Position numbers and translations under genes: made by a program
Shown: positions 1 to 10,728 of the stretch, in pieces
Layout: each line of letters opens with the position of its first letter
How positions within the stretch are numbered: the first letter of the stretch is position 1
The notes under the pieces: model-generated
Databases searched by the model: none
Seen by the model: only the letters and a program-made list of their open reading frames with translations
What the model was told of the DNA's origin: nothing
Source of the DNA: Candidatus Latescibacterota bacterium
GTDB taxonomy: Bacteria; Latescibacterota; UBA2968; GCA-2709665
NCBI GenBank assembly: GCA_965226795.1
Contig: CBDDDZ010000005.1
Coordinates: forward strand, 1,888,001 to 1,952,000
Direction: 5' to 3'
DNA length: 64,000 nt

Positions 1-1
1 T

Positions 2-2677
2 CCCTGTGTTTCAACTGACTTCTACGAAACCGTAGATCCGCGTTACCTTACCAAGCTCCCGAATCTCACCGTTTACGGCGACGGGAACGTTACGCCCCAG
101 GAATATGGCTATACGCTGGGTTACGGCCCCAACGAGCCGGTCGGCGTCGTATTCACGCCTCCCGGCGCGAAATTCAAGCTCACCATGCGCACGCGTGGTA
201 CCGGCATCCGCTACCTGCTGCTGAATGCAACGGATACGACCAGCGTAGAAGCCGCACGAAAAAGCGGGTTTGTGGCTGCCACCCACGGCGCAATCACACA
301 CACCGCTTACCAGGCCGCCAAGGACATGTGGATCCTGAATCACGCCAGAATGCGTGAACTTCAAGCCTACGGCATCGAAAACGACCGTCTCACCGATCTG
401 CACGAACGTGCGAGGGAACATCTGGACCAGGCGGACGGAGCCCGGCAGCAACTGCGGTGGGACGATTTCGTGCGGCACTCCCGTGCCGCACTCGGGCTCG
501 AGTCACGCGCGTATCCCGATGTGAAAGGGACGCAGAACGACGTGATCCGCGGCATTATCTTCTTTATGGCCCTTGTTCTTCCGTGTGCCTTTTTTGGCGA
601 GCGGCTTATTTTCACTGCCGTGGACATCCGATGGCAGGTTGTCGGTTTCACGGGTATTTTCGTGTTCATCTGGATCTTTCTGTCCATTGTTCATCCCGCG
701 TTCGACCTTTCCAATCCTTTTGTTATCCTTCTGGCCTTTGTGCTGCTGTCGCTGGCCGCTTTCGTCATCGGCCTGGTTTTCTCCCGCTTCAACAGCCAGA
801 TGCGTAACCTCCGCACGGAGGCCGCCATTATCCACGACGTGGATGTGGGCCGGATTTCCGCCTCGCTGGCGGCCTTTCAGCTGGGTATCTCCAATATGAA
901 GCGGCGCAAACTCAGAACGCTGCTCACCTTTTCCACACTCGTCCTGCTCACCTTCACCGTGTTGTCGTTCACCTCGATCAAATCCCAACTCAGCTATCAC
1001 CAGATCGAACGAGACAACCTGGGTCCTTACCCGGGAATGCTCATCCGCAGCAAGTACTGGGCGCCGTTGGAGGAATCCGTGCTGGACTATGCACAGGCCA
1101 ACTTCGGAAAAGAAGCCGTTGTGGCCGCGCGCAGCTGGTACGCCTCCAAGGAGAAAAAGGCCATCCAGGTCGTATCGGACAGCGCATCGGCCAACGCGCT
1201 TGGCATTGTCGGACTGACCGCGCAGGAGACCGACGTGATCGGGATTCAAAACTGCCTGTCCGCGGGCCGATGGTTCCGACCGGGCGAACGAAACGTCGCC
1301 GTGTTGCCGCAGGCAATGGCCGACCTCCTGAAGATCAGCGCGTCCGATATCGGGCAGGCGGAGGTACGCCTCTTCGGTGAGCGGTTCAAGGTGGTGGGAC
1401 TGATTGACGCGCAGCGCATGAAAGATATAGAAGACCTCGACGGCGAGCCCCTCACCCCTGCGGATTTTGTCCTGACCGATGAGAACGTGTTTATGCAGAT
1501 GGCCCAGCAGGAAAGGCGTGAAAAAGCCGGCCTGGAAGAGACCGATGTCGATATCATGGAATTCGAACATCTCGACCCGGCAAACGTCATGGTGGTCCCA
1601 TACCAGACCCTCAGGGAAGTCAACAGCCCGCTTCAGGCAGTCGCCGTGCGGTTCCGGGATCCATCGGTGGTCAAGGAGCGGGTGGAAGACTTTGTCTCGC
1701 GGCTCTCCGTCGTCCTTTTCGCCGGGATACCGGAAGTCTCGCCGGAGGGAAAAATCAAGCGCATTTCCGTTTCCGTCTACTCCTCGTATGGTCACGCGTC
1801 GGCAAAGGGTCTTAGCAACCTGTTTATTCCCATCGCCATTGCGGCCCTGATCGTGTTGAACACGATGATGGGGTCGGTGTACGAACGATTCCGCGAAATC
1901 GGCATTTATTCCTCGGTCGGCCTCGCGCCCGTACACATCGCCTTCCTGTTCCTTGCCGAGTCCTGCGTGTACGCGGTGCTTGGCGCGGTCTCCGGTTATC
2001 TGGTCGCACAGGGCGTGTCCAAAGTCCTTCTTTGGCAGGGGCTTCTGGAGGGAATCACCGTGAATTATTCCTCAACGTCGGCCATGGCCTCCTCTACGCT
2101 TGTCATGCTCGTCGTGATCCTGTCCACCGTTTACCCCGCCCGGCGGGCTTCGCAGATGGCGGTTCCGGATATCACACGGCGCTGGAGACTCCCCGAGCCG
2201 GATGCGGATCGCTGGCAATTCGAATTTCCGTTCACCATTTCCGGCAACGAAGTCCTGGGGCTGTTTACTTTTCTCACCAGATACTTCGACTTTCACACGG
2301 AAAGCTCGATGGGCACTTTCTTTACCCACGGGGCCAACCTCTCCACGTATGACGCGGGGGGGGACCGAGGGTATCGGATTGACACGACCATCTGGCTGGC
2401 GCCTTTCGATCTCGGAGTCAGCCAGACCATCCGCCTGTCGTCCACGCCCACGGGCACCGTGGGCATCCAGGCCCTGGAAATCACCATTGACCGGCTATCC
2501 GGCGACCTTGCCTCGTGGAAACGATGCAACCAGCGCTTTATGAACCAGATCCGAAAACAATTTCTCATCTGGCGCACAATCCCGGAAGAAAACCAGCGTC
2601 AATACGGGAACGACGGCAAAGAACTGATCAATAGGGGCAACACGGCCACTCTGCAATCCGCCGGGGAGAACGTCTGA
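2..2677 (+). CDS. Large FtsX/MacB-like ABC transporter permease, 5'-truncated by the window edge
   Basis: Frame is open from position 2 through the ORF-track start at 185. Multiple TM segments; FtsX-type motifs NMKRRKLRTLLT and NTMMGSVYERFREIGIYSSVGLAP. Confidence 0.8.
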   Translation, partial: PCVSTDFYETVDPRYLTKLPNLTVYGDGNVTPQEYGYTLGYGPNEPVGVVFTPPGAKFKLTMRTRGTGIRYLLLNATDTTSVEAARKSGFVAATHGAITHTAYQAAKDMWILNHARMRELQAYGIENDRLTDLHERAREHLDQADGARQQLRWDDFVRHSRAALGLESRAYPDVKGTQNDVIRGIIFFMALVLPCAFFGERLIFTAVDIRWQVVGFTGIFVFIWIFLSIVHPAFDLSNPFVILLAFVLLSLAAFVIGLVFSRFNSQMRNLRTEAAIIHDVDVGRISASLAAFQLGISNMKRRKLRTLLTFSTLVLLTFTVLSFTSIKSQLSYHQIERDNLGPYPGMLIRSKYWAPLEESVLDYAQANFGKEAVVAARSWYASKEKKAIQVVSDSASANALGIVGLTAQETDVIGIQNCLSAGRWFRPGERNVAVLPQAMADLLKISASDIGQAEVRLFGERFKVVGLIDAQRMKDIEDLDGEPLTPADFVLTDENVFMQMAQQERREKAGLEETDVDIMEFEHLDPANVMVVPYQTLREVNSPLQAVAVRFRDPSVVKERVEDFVSRLSVVLFAGIPEVSPEGKIKRISVSVYSSYGHASAKGLSNLFIPIAIAALIVLNTMMGSVYERFREIGIYSSVGLAPVHIAFLFLAESCVYAVLGAVSGYLVAQGVSKVLLWQGLLEGITVNYSSTSAMASSTLVMLVVILSTVYPARRASQMAVPDITRRWRLPEPDADRWQFEFPFTISGNEVLGLFTFLTRYFDFHTESSMGTFFTHGANLSTYDAGGDRGYRIDTTIWLAPFDLGVSQTIRLSSTPTGTVGIQALEITIDRLSGDLASWKRCNQRFMNQIRKQFLIWRTIPEENQRQYGNDGKELINRGNTATLQSAGENV

Positions 2678-2769
2678 TGCATACACGGCCCATCCTTCCT
2701 TCCCGGGCAACCCTCTCACTCCCTCGCCGGGTGCATATATGCGCCCGCCTGCAGAGGGAGCGCTGATCG

Positions 2770-4056
2770 GTGCCTCTGGGGAGACACATTCTGGTGGAGC
2801 TTTACGGGTCTCCCGCATCCGTACTGGACGACGTCATCCGCATTGAAGCTTGCATGGTCCGCGCGGCTCGCGCGGCGAACGCCACAGTCATCAACACGTC
2901 CTTCCACCGTTTCTCTCCCCACGGCGTCTCCGGCGTCGTTGTCATCCACGAGAGCCACCTGTCTATCCACACCTGGCCCGAACATGGTTTCGCCGCCGTC
3001 GACCTGTTTACCTGCGGCGACACGATCAACCCGTGGACGGCGTACGAAGCGCTGAAATCGGACCTGCAGGCCACTCACGGCACAACCCGTGAAATTGACC
3101 GAGGGCAACTCAACGCCACGGCTCAGACCGACGCTCTGCCATCGCAGGCAGCTACGAAAGCGCCTCCCGCGCACATCCGAAATCTCTGGTTCACCAGGAG
3201 AGAAGAACACATCGCCCTCTCGCTCAGGCACGCGGGAGCGCGCTTCCGCCACCAGTCGCCTCATCAGAAGATTGAAGTCCTCGACACCTACGGGTACGGC
3301 AAAATGCTGGTGATCGACGGGGACGTTTCGTTCACGGAACACGACGAGCACATCTACCACGAGATGATCGTCCACGTAGCCATGCAGACCCGCCCCGACG
3401 CGAAGCGAGCCCTGGTCATCGGAGGCGGCGACGGCGGGGCCGTTCGGGAATTGATGCGTTACGACCGGATCGAGCAGGTTGTCGTCGTTGAACTCGACGC
3501 CGAGGTTATTGGGGCATGCAGGCAGTACTTCCCGGCCCTTGCGCCGGCTTTCGAAGATCCCAGACTCTCGCTTCATATCGCAGACGGTTTCGCCTTTATA
3601 CAGTCCTGTCCCGCCGAATCCTTCGATCTCGTTATTGTCGATGTCGCAAATCCCTCCGGTCGGTCCCCGCAACTCTTTTCGGAACCATTCTACCGGTGCG
3701 TTCGAGATAGCCTCCGTCACGCGGGCGTCATGGTTGCGCAAACCGAACCACCCTCACTCGACAGCCGGACCTTCGCGACAATATACAGGCGCCAGGAGTC
3801 GGTCTTCGGCTCCGCAAACGTACACTGCTACCTCGCCTGCATCCCCACCTATACGACCGGGCTGCTCAGCTTTTCTTTTGCCGCAAAGGGATGCGTGGAC
3901 CCGCTGGACGCCCTCAACCCGTTAAACGCCCGCCAATTCTCGGAAGCACACGGCCTGCAATACTATAACGACGAAATTCACAAAGCTGCTTTTGTCCTCC
4001 CCACGTTTATCAGACGTCTCCTGCGAGATGCCCCCCCGGCGCCGGGGGTTCCCTAA
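2770..4056 (+). CDS. speD-speE: S-adenosylmethionine decarboxylase / spermidine synthase (aminopropyltransferase) fusion
   Basis: N-terminal GRHILVEL...[20 protein letters not shown]...DLFTCG (pyruvoyl E|SH site); C-terminal [20 protein letters not shown] and [14 protein letters not shown] of SpeE. Confidence 0.92.
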   Translation: MPLGRHILVELYGSPASVLDDVIRIEACMVRAARAANATVINTSFHRFSPHGVSGVVVIHESHLSIHTWPEHGFAAVDLFTCGDTINPWTAYEALKSDLQATHGTTREIDRGQLNATAQTDALPSQAATKAPPAHIRNLWFTRREEHIALSLRHAGARFRHQSPHQKIEVLDTYGYGKMLVIDGDVSFTEHDEHIYHEMIVHVAMQTRPDAKRALVIGGGDGGAVRELMRYDRIEQVVVVELDAEVIGACRQYFPALAPAFEDPRLSLHIADGFAFIQSCPAESFDLVIVDVANPSGRSPQLFSEPFYRCVRDSLRHAGVMVAQTEPPSLDSRTFATIYRRQESVFGSANVHCYLACIPTYTTGLLSFSFAAKGCVDPLDALNPLNARQFSEAHGLQYYNDEIHKAAFVLPTFIRRLLRDAPPAPGVP

Positions 4057-4192
4057 CACCGAAAGATCCGCGAGTGAACGTTGTGCAATATCGCCGACGT
4101 TGTACACGGATTGCGGTGGACAACCGGATTCCTGCATCCTGACGTCCTGAAGACGCCTTAGGCCAGTTGGCGCGGGTTCGCTTTCTTTCCTG

Positions 4193-4221
4193 TTGACAAT
4201 GCGCCTGCTCCACCTTAGCTT
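4193..4221 (+). promoter_or_regulatory. Putative sigma70 promoter for the RDD gene
   Basis: TTGACA-17 nt-TAGCTT, ~50 bp upstream of ATG 4273. Confidence 0.5.
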
Positions 4222-4272
4222 CTGCGACTACCGCGACCCCCAATTCGCTGCTTTGAAGGGAAGGGAACGACC

Positions 4273-4818
4273 ATGGCAGACGACCAACCCACGGAGGCCG
4301 GCCAGGTTGACGCCACAGACGGAAGAATCGGATTCGGCAGACGGCTCGGGGCATTTGCGATCGACCTCATCGTCATCTGGATACTGACATCCATCGCGGA
4401 ATTTGTCACCGGAGTTAAAGGCTCCGCAGATCCATCGAGCCTGCACCATCTTTCCGATCTGACCCGACTGATGGCTGGCGTAGGCGTGGTCGTATCCTCT
4501 GTTCAACTCCTCTACTGTCTGATCGAGGGCCTCACCGGCGCTTCACCCGGAAAGATGATTCTCAAGATACAGATTCGTGACGCCAGCGGCGCGCCGGCGG
4601 CCACAGGTACACTTATCCTCCGCATGGTTTTAAAACAGGTCAAGGTTGTTGCAACGTTCCTTGTCGCGCTGACCGGCAGCCAGCTGCTGACGGTGGTCGG
4701 GTTGGCGGGGGGTGTCATCGTCGCCATCGGCTGCATCCTCGCTCTGGGCGCCGCCAGGCAGGCGCTGCACGACAGAATCGTCCACACGGCTGTCTACCGC
4801 GCAGCGTCTCTTGCCTGA
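4273..4818 (+). CDS. RDD family membrane protein
   Basis: GFGRRLGAFAID...GASPGKMILKIQI...QALHDRIVHTAV pattern; GAAGGGAAGG RBS. Confidence 0.85.
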   Translation: MADDQPTEAGQVDATDGRIGFGRRLGAFAIDLIVIWILTSIAEFVTGVKGSADPSSLHHLSDLTRLMAGVGVVVSSVQLLYCLIEGLTGASPGKMILKIQIRDASGAPAATGTLILRMVLKQVKVVATFLVALTGSQLLTVVGLAGGVIVAIGCILALGAARQALHDRIVHTAVYRAASLA

Positions 4819-4851
4819 AAAATTTCGAACCTCAAATTCTCCCTGAAGGAT

Positions 4852-5652
4852 GTGTCATGGGAGAATTTTGCATTCATTATGGGAGAAACTGGCGAGTTGA
4901 ATACCGAGGGGAAAGATCCCGGGCTGCGGTCACACACGGTCGATACTCTGAGCCGGGATCTGAGAAACCTCGGTATCGAGCCGGGCGATACCCTTTTCAT
5001 ACACTCTTCGTTCAAAAGCCTCGGCGAAGTCGGAGGCGGTGCGTCCGCGGCTGTGCGGGCCCTGGAGAATGCGACGGATCCGGACGGCCTCATCCTGATG
5101 CCCTCGTTCAATCTCCTGGAGAATAGCCGGTTGCGCGCCCAGACGTGGGATCCGAACACGACACCCTCCACGGTGGGTTGGCTCACCGAATTTTTCCGCA
5201 CCATGCCCGGCACGTATCGCTCCGACCACTATTCCCATTCCGTCGCCGCCCGCGGCAGAGACGCCCGGGCGTTTGTTGGCGGCCATCGCGACAGAAAAGG
5301 GCGTTCTTCGCCCTGGGACCTCGATCCGTGGGGAAAAACCTACGGAGACAACTCACCGATGGTCAGAGCGTATGAATCGGACGCCAAACTCGTGATGCTG
5401 GGCGTGACCTACGAATCTTCAACGTACATTCACCTTGTTGAAGTCATCTGCCGGCACCGGCGCCTCGAGAGCGATCCTCGCGCCAGTTATGCCTGGATCA
5501 ACCGAACGGCGCTCGGTGCGTTCTGGGATAGGAACGGCAAGCTCAGCCGGGGACGGGTGGGCGATGCCGAAGGCCGGCTCTTCTCAATAAGCACGTACGT
5601 CGATACCCTTGTCGCAGAAGTTGAACGCATGCCCCAGGCCTATTTCAAATAG
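4852..5652 (+). CDS. AAC(3)/YokD-family N-acetyltransferase (start may be 4879)
   Basis: LGIEPGDTLFIHSSFKSLG, LMPSF, GWLTEFFR, RSDHYSHSVAARG, LGVTYESSTYIHLVE. Confidence 0.85.
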   Translation: MSWENFAFIMGETGELNTEGKDPGLRSHTVDTLSRDLRNLGIEPGDTLFIHSSFKSLGEVGGGASAAVRALENATDPDGLILMPSFNLLENSRLRAQTWDPNTTPSTVGWLTEFFRTMPGTYRSDHYSHSVAARGRDARAFVGGHRDRKGRSSPWDLDPWGKTYGDNSPMVRAYESDAKLVMLGVTYESSTYIHLVEVICRHRRLESDPRASYAWINRTALGAFWDRNGKLSRGRVGDAEGRLFSISTYVDTLVAEVERMPQAYFK

Positions 5653-5741
5653 GCAAAAACGCAAAGCGCCGCCCTCTGTCCAGCGACGGTAACGCGGTGG
5701 ACAGGACGGACCGCGCGACACTGACCGCAAAGGAGGTAGTC

Positions 5742-5990
5742 GTGACGTCGGCACAGGCTGCAACGCTGCAAAACGCCCTGGAAACCCTGATGGATGCCAT
5801 CATAAAAAAGGAACCGATCACGGACCACCTGCTTCATTTGTCCACACTCCAACGGGACCTTGCCGCCGTTACGTCCCCGCAGCTGAATCATTTCCTGCAA
5901 AACAGAAGTTATACAAAGGCGCTCGAATACCTCCGGAACGGTGTGGTCATCGAGGACCCGCGCCGCCCCGACTGCGACGACGATACATAA
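5742..5990 (+). CDS. Small hypothetical protein (~82 aa)
   Basis: GTG at 5742 preceded by AAGGAGG; helical-looking LNHFLQNRSYTKALEYL. Confidence 0.6.
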   Translation: MTSAQAATLQNALETLMDAIIKKEPITDHLLHLSTLQRDLAAVTSPQLNHFLQNRSYTKALEYLRNGVVIEDPRRPDCDDDT

Positions 5991-6137
5991 TCTCCGGTGT
6001 GCACTGAAGGTTCTTCCACGGACCAGGATTTCAACCCGAGGGCCCTTGACCGCGCCGCCCTCGTGGTCTCCGGAGCCGGACGACCGGACCCCGGCTGCGC
6101 CCGAACCATCCAATCCGCAATGCAGAAAGGCTGCGCC

Positions 6138-6905
6138 ATGGTAAAGAGTATCCGCCGCCGTGTGCTGGACCGAGAAATCCTGGCGGGGACATTTTTAAAC
6201 CTGGGTTCCGCCGTCACGGCCGAAATCGCAGGTAAGAGCGGTCTAGATTGGGTTCTGATCGACATCGAACACGGCGCGTCGGATCTGGAAACCCTTCGAG
6301 TCCAGTTGCAGGTTGTCTCCGGTACGCCGGCTGTACCCATTGTGCGTATTGCGGCCAACGAACCCCCCCGGTTCAAACGCGTGCTGGATATGGGCGCGTC
6401 GGGAGTTATGGTACCTTACGTGAGCACGGTGGCCGAAGCCGAGCAGGCGGTGGCATCGAGCCGTTATCCTCCACGGGGTATACGGGGTGTTGCCAAGTTG
6501 AACCGGGGCAGCGAGTTCGGCCGGGATTTCGATGAATATTTCGAAACGTCCCACGACCTCCTGCTCACCGTCGTACAGATCGAAACCCCGGAGGCTGTGG
6601 ACGGCATTGACGATATCGCCTCGGTAGACGGTGTGGACGTCCTGTTTATCGGCCCACTCGACCTCAGCGTCAACCTGGGCATTCCGCAGCAATTCGACCA
6701 TCCAAGGTTTCTGGATGCCAGGGCCAGGGTCTCCGAAGCCGCGAGGCGAACGGGTAAAGCCGCGGGAATCCTGCTGCTGGATCCCAGTCAGCTCGACTCC
6801 ACGGTACGGGACGGGTTTACCTTTATTGCGCTTGGATCCGACGGCGGCCTTGTCGTAGCTGGCATGCAGAACGTCGCAGCGGCATTCGACCCCCACAGGA
6901 CCTAG
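6138..6905 (+). CDS. HpcH/HpaI family class II pyruvate aldolase
   Basis: GLDWVLIDIEHG, RVLDMGASGVMVP, RYPPRGIRG, VQIETPEAV, DVLFIGPLDLS; RBS AGAAAGG before ATG 6138. Confidence 0.92.
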   Translation: MVKSIRRRVLDREILAGTFLNLGSAVTAEIAGKSGLDWVLIDIEHGASDLETLRVQLQVVSGTPAVPIVRIAANEPPRFKRVLDMGASGVMVPYVSTVAEAEQAVASSRYPPRGIRGVAKLNRGSEFGRDFDEYFETSHDLLLTVVQIETPEAVDGIDDIASVDGVDVLFIGPLDLSVNLGIPQQFDHPRFLDARARVSEAARRTGKAAGILLLDPSQLDSTVRDGFTFIALGSDGGLVVAGMQNVAAAFDPHRT

Positions 6906-6940
6906 TATCCCGTCCCGCTGCGTTGCGTGTGCTGCTTGCG

Positions 6941-6982
6941 TTGAGCTTGTCGAAACGAGCCTGTCGAAGCAAGCCTGTCGAC
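6941..6982. repeat. Three tandem 14-bp REP-like units (G/A)AGC(T/C)TGTCGA
   Basis: ttGAGCTTGTCGAAac GAGCCTGTCGAAgc AAGCCTGTCGAc, intergenic. Confidence 0.6.
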
Positions 6983-7111
6983 ACGCGCTCGCCGACCTTC
7001 CCCGGGTCGGCAGATTCCGCTGAAGGGGACGCTCAATAGTTCAGATTAGGGGTACGGGAAGCCGGCATCGATCCTGCATCCACGGCATTCCGCCCGCGGA
7101 GAACGCCAATT

Positions 7112-8062
7112 ATGAACGACTGCGGCACCCTGCGAGAATCGATGAACGCGCAAGGGGTTTACGTCTTTGTGATGACTCCCATGAAGACCGCCCTGAACCG
7201 GCAGGGCAGATACCGGATCGATACGGTGGGCCTGGAGAAAAACACGCGTCACTTTTCAGGGATCAAAGGCCGGAAGACGCTGGTGATCTGCGGCGGCTCG
7301 GGCGAATTCTACGCCCTGTCGCCATCCGAAGTCAGAGATCTCGCCGCCGCCGCGGTTTCGGGTGCCGGTGGAAAGTGCGAGATTGTATGCGGTGTGGGCT
7401 GGAGCACAAAAAAAGCCGTGAAGATGGCGGAAGACGCCCAGGACGCCGGCTGCAACGCCCTGCTCGTGATGCCGCACGACCCGGTCGTCGCGCGCGGGGA
7501 AGGGGCGATCTGGCGGCATCATCGGGCAATCGCGCAAGACGTGGATATCGGAATAATCCCCTTTCGCGCACCCCGGCAACTCCTTTCAATAGACCTTGTG
7601 AAGCGTTTTTCCGAACTCGAGAAGGTCGTCGCCATTAAGGAGGAGAGCAACGCCGTCGACTGGGTGCGTACAGGATGCAATGCCACGGGAAACGCCGTCC
7701 CCATCATCACCGGGGGTGGTGAGAATATGGCGCCCTACTACTATCTCGCGGGCGCCAGGGGATTCACTACGGGAATGGCCAACCTCACCCTGCCGATGTC
7801 CATCGATATGCACAACGCCTGCATTCGCCGGCGCTGGAAGACAGCGATGGATCTCCGCGACTCCTTCGAGCCGCTGGCTGCCCTGAGGGGCGAACTCGGC
7901 ACACCCATGCTAAAGGCCGGTCTGGAAATGATGGGCCTTGCCGGCGGGCCCTTGAGAGCCGCGCAACCAGCGCAACCGACCGGAGCCCCGTCCGGTGAGA
8001 TGCTCTCGGCAAAAGACCGCGCCAGAGTTCGAAACCTGCTAAAGAAAAAAGGGGTGCTCTGA
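7112..8062 (+). CDS. Dihydrodipicolinate synthase (DapA/KdgD-like) family lyase
   Basis: VMTP, GGSGEFYALS, AQDAGCNALLVMP, VVAIKE (Schiff-base Lys), LKAGLEMMGLAGGPLR. Confidence 0.85.
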   Translation: MNDCGTLRESMNAQGVYVFVMTPMKTALNRQGRYRIDTVGLEKNTRHFSGIKGRKTLVICGGSGEFYALSPSEVRDLAAAAVSGAGGKCEIVCGVGWSTKKAVKMAEDAQDAGCNALLVMPHDPVVARGEGAIWRHHRAIAQDVDIGIIPFRAPRQLLSIDLVKRFSELEKVVAIKEESNAVDWVRTGCNATGNAVPIITGGGENMAPYYYLAGARGFTTGMANLTLPMSIDMHNACIRRRWKTAMDLRDSFEPLAALRGELGTPMLKAGLEMMGLAGGPLRAAQPAQPTGAPSGEMLSAKDRARVRNLLKKKGVL

Positions 8063-8142
8063 ACCCCGCCCCCCGATTCGGCTCCCTCAATCCTGGTGAG
8101 GAATAATCGACACGCAATATCGCGATCGTCCACCATCAGCCA

Positions 8143-9414
8143 CTACCCGGATCGCGATATTGACGTGGACAGATTGCCTTGCCCGTCGAAGTACATTTCC
8201 ACCGGTTCAGCTGAAACCTCCACCTCCGGCTCCGCGGAGAGCTCCGGGAGCAGCGACTCGGATGCCCAGAGATGTTCCAGTTCCAGGGTCGAGCGTATCC
8301 GCATCACTCTCGCGTCCGCGTTTCTGCAGTTTCCCAACACGCCAAGCGCGATCTCAATTGCCTCCCGGTCGCTTTCGCCCACGATCGGAATATACCCGCG
8401 GTTCAGAAACGTGGTGGTCATTGCGTTGGCGTACGTCGCCTTGAAATCGATATTATCCACAAGCCGACGGGTCGTAACGTCGGCCAGTCCGATTCCATTG
8501 GCGTTTCCATGCGTCTTTTGTGTCAGATCGAGCACAACGATACGTTCGATACAGGGAGAATCCGGTTCCTCGATGCCCGGCAGTCGTATCCGTCCAATAA
8601 TGTTGGGGTCCATTCCCGTTCCGCTGATATTCTTGCCGATCCGATCCACAATCAGGAGATCGATCCGTTGAACGGGCAACCGGGGCATCAATTCCCGTGC
8701 CTCATCCAGCAGACCCGGCTCAACCGCCGCCAACTCGTCCGGCTCCACAGCGACCACCCTCGCCGTCTGCTCGTAAGCGTTTTCCAGAATTGCCACCCCA
8801 AGCGCGATGGGGACTTCCCGAAGTATTACCCGCCCCCAGGCCGGAATCATCCGCGGCAATCCGGCCGCGCCCATCGAATGTGCCAGCGTGGCGCCTCTGT
8901 GCGACCCCAGCCCGATGGTCATCATCTTCATCAGGCCGCTCTCGAACGGCCCGCGAAACGACGTGTGCGGCTTGATCCGATTCACCAGCACCACCGCGTC
9001 GGCCTCTTTTGCCAATCGATTCAGCACGACCGGAATACCATCGGCCGTTTCCCCTACCTGTACCACCTCCATCGTGGCGTCGACCGGTGCTCCCATCGTC
9101 GATTCGTCAATTCCATACGAGGCGAGGATGGCCTTTTGCCCTTCGGCCGTAGCCCCGCCGTGACTGCCCATTGACGCCAGAACGAATGGACTGCCCCCCA
9201 GTTCCCGGACGCAGTCCACGACCGCCCGGGTCAACTGCACGATCTGGTGAATTCCCCTGCTGCCGGCTGTAATCGCGACCCGTTCGCCGCCGGAAATGCG
9301 TTCACCCAGCGATGAGTTCAGGACACAGAGGCGCGTCTGGGTAACAGGGTCCTCCAGACTCGTTGCGGCGAATTTCTGCCGCAACGGAAACATCCGGGGT
9401 AGTTCCATTTCCAT
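8143..9414 (-). CDS. LarA-like N-terminal domain (DUF2088/DUF362) protein
   Basis: RVAITAGSRGI, SMGSHGGATAEGQ, NRIKPHTSF, ESGLMKMMTIGLG, GKNISGTGMDPN, HGNANGIGLAD. Confidence 0.82.
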   Translation of the reverse strand: MEMELPRMFPLRQKFAATSLEDPVTQTRLCVLNSSLGERISGGERVAITAGSRGIHQIVQLTRAVVDCVRELGGSPFVLASMGSHGGATAEGQKAILASYGIDESTMGAPVDATMEVVQVGETADGIPVVLNRLAKEADAVVLVNRIKPHTSFRGPFESGLMKMMTIGLGSHRGATLAHSMGAAGLPRMIPAWGRVILREVPIALGVAILENAYEQTARVVAVEPDELAAVEPGLLDEARELMPRLPVQRIDLLIVDRIGKNISGTGMDPNIIGRIRLPGIEEPDSPCIERIVVLDLTQKTHGNANGIGLADVTTRRLVDNIDFKATYANAMTTTFLNRGYIPIVGESDREAIEIALGVLGNCRNADARVMRIRSTLELEHLWASESLLPELSAEPEVEVSAEPVEMYFDGQGNLSTSISRSG

Positions 9415-9492
9415 CCTTCTCCATCACGTTGGATCATTGAAGTGCGGATTCGGTCGCGGGAATCGGATACGTGCGCCGGAGCCGGGGCCTAT

Positions 9493-9652
9493 CAGTCCGT
9501 TGAAAAAGTTGCTCTGCAGGCAAGGCCGAGCCATTGTGACCGAAGACAAGGCGCGAGACCGAGCCGAATCGGGGGATTCGGAGAGGGAGCGCAACGCAGT
9601 CGTTCGGCCACAAGAGCCGGTCACAGCCCGGATGGACTTTTTCAACGGGCTG
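9493..9652. mobile_element. 160-bp MITE-like element with 17-bp terminal inverted repeats
   Basis: CAGTCCGTTGAAAAAGT (9493-9509) ... ACTTTTTCAACGGGCTG (9636-9652), 16/17 match; intergenic; ends resemble IS5/IS1182-type termini. Confidence 0.7.
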
Positions 9653-9695
9653 CCATGGACGCATGCGGGTTCCAACCGCAGGAAGCCGGGTGGAT

Positions 9696-10544
9696 TCAGG
9701 ATATCCGGAACACCGCTTCCGCGTTTCTCGCCGTAATGCGTTCGCGGGTGTCTTTGGACAGATCGGCTTTCCGGATATAATCCAGCAAGGGCGGGGTGCC
9801 GACGATCGAACACGCAGGCATTGGCCGCGTGTGGATGGTGTCGGTGGCGAACATCAACCGATGCTTCCAACGCTTCAGGAAATTCAGCCCGAATGCCGGA
9901 TCCCGCGTAATGGCCCCATAACCCGACTGCGCCGAGAGGTCGGCGTACAGGTTTGGGTAGTCTTGAAACAACGCGTCCAGACGTCCGCCAGGCGCCACCG
10001 GTCCCCGCGGATAGCGCACGCCCGGCCTGATCTCCCCCGAGATCTCCCGCCAGAAATATTGCGCGTGGCCCACCCAATTGACATTCCGGTACGTCTTCAC
10101 CATCCGCTCAAAACCCGGCAATCCGGTTTTGTCCCGGTTGATCCAGTGGTCAATATGCATAACAACCGCCAACTCCAGCCGGTCGCACGCTTCATACACG
10201 CGCTGTTGCATCGGATCGTCCACCGGGAGGCCACACAGATTCTCGCCATATCCCACGCATCCCCGGTCCATATAATGCTCGATGATCGGGTACGGATTGA
10301 ATCTACCGGGATATCGATGCCTCGGATCCACGGCGCACAGCGGCAGCAACCGATCCCGGTGCGGGCGGGTCAGCCTCAGCAACTCTTTCGTTGTCATGTA
10401 AAAGTCGAGCTCCTCGGGCACTTCCACCGCCATCACAATCCCCTTCTCGATCCCGTGGCGGTCCATCCAGCGTAACAGTTTGGCGGGGGTCAGGCCGGGA
10501 TCCTCCCTTACGAGCTGTCCGAGATGCAAATGGGTATCGATCAT
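9696..10544 (-). CDS. Amidohydrolase_2 family metal-dependent hydrolase (copy 2)
   Basis: IDTHLH, YGE, VMH, GH, NLYADLSA, RLMFATD, NAEAVF. Confidence 0.9.
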   Translation of the reverse strand: MIDTHLHLGQLVREDPGLTPAKLLRWMDRHGIEKGIVMAVEVPEELDFYMTTKELLRLTRPHRDRLLPLCAVDPRHRYPGRFNPYPIIEHYMDRGCVGYGENLCGLPVDDPMQQRVYEACDRLELAVVMHIDHWINRDKTGLPGFERMVKTYRNVNWVGHAQYFWREISGEIRPGVRYPRGPVAPGGRLDALFQDYPNLYADLSAQSGYGAITRDPAFGLNFLKRWKHRLMFATDTIHTRPMPACSIVGTPPLLDYIRKADLSKDTRERITARNAEAVFRIS

Positions 10545-10728
10545 CGGTCTACACCCTCGCGCGCACCGACAGACCCATCGGGAAGCTCTCGATGCGATGT
10601 GGCAACGAATATGTCCACGGCGGAACGTGTGTTTGGGGGAGCGAGCACCCCCCCGCGCGGCCGAGGTCCCGCGGCGGTTCTGTCCGGTTCGTGAAAGACC
10701 ACGACACTTTCAAGCCATCGCTGACCCG

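Noticed and set aside
4852..5652. Aminoglycoside resistance gene
   Set aside because: The family includes many non-resistance YokD-like enzymes, and the context is not mobile.
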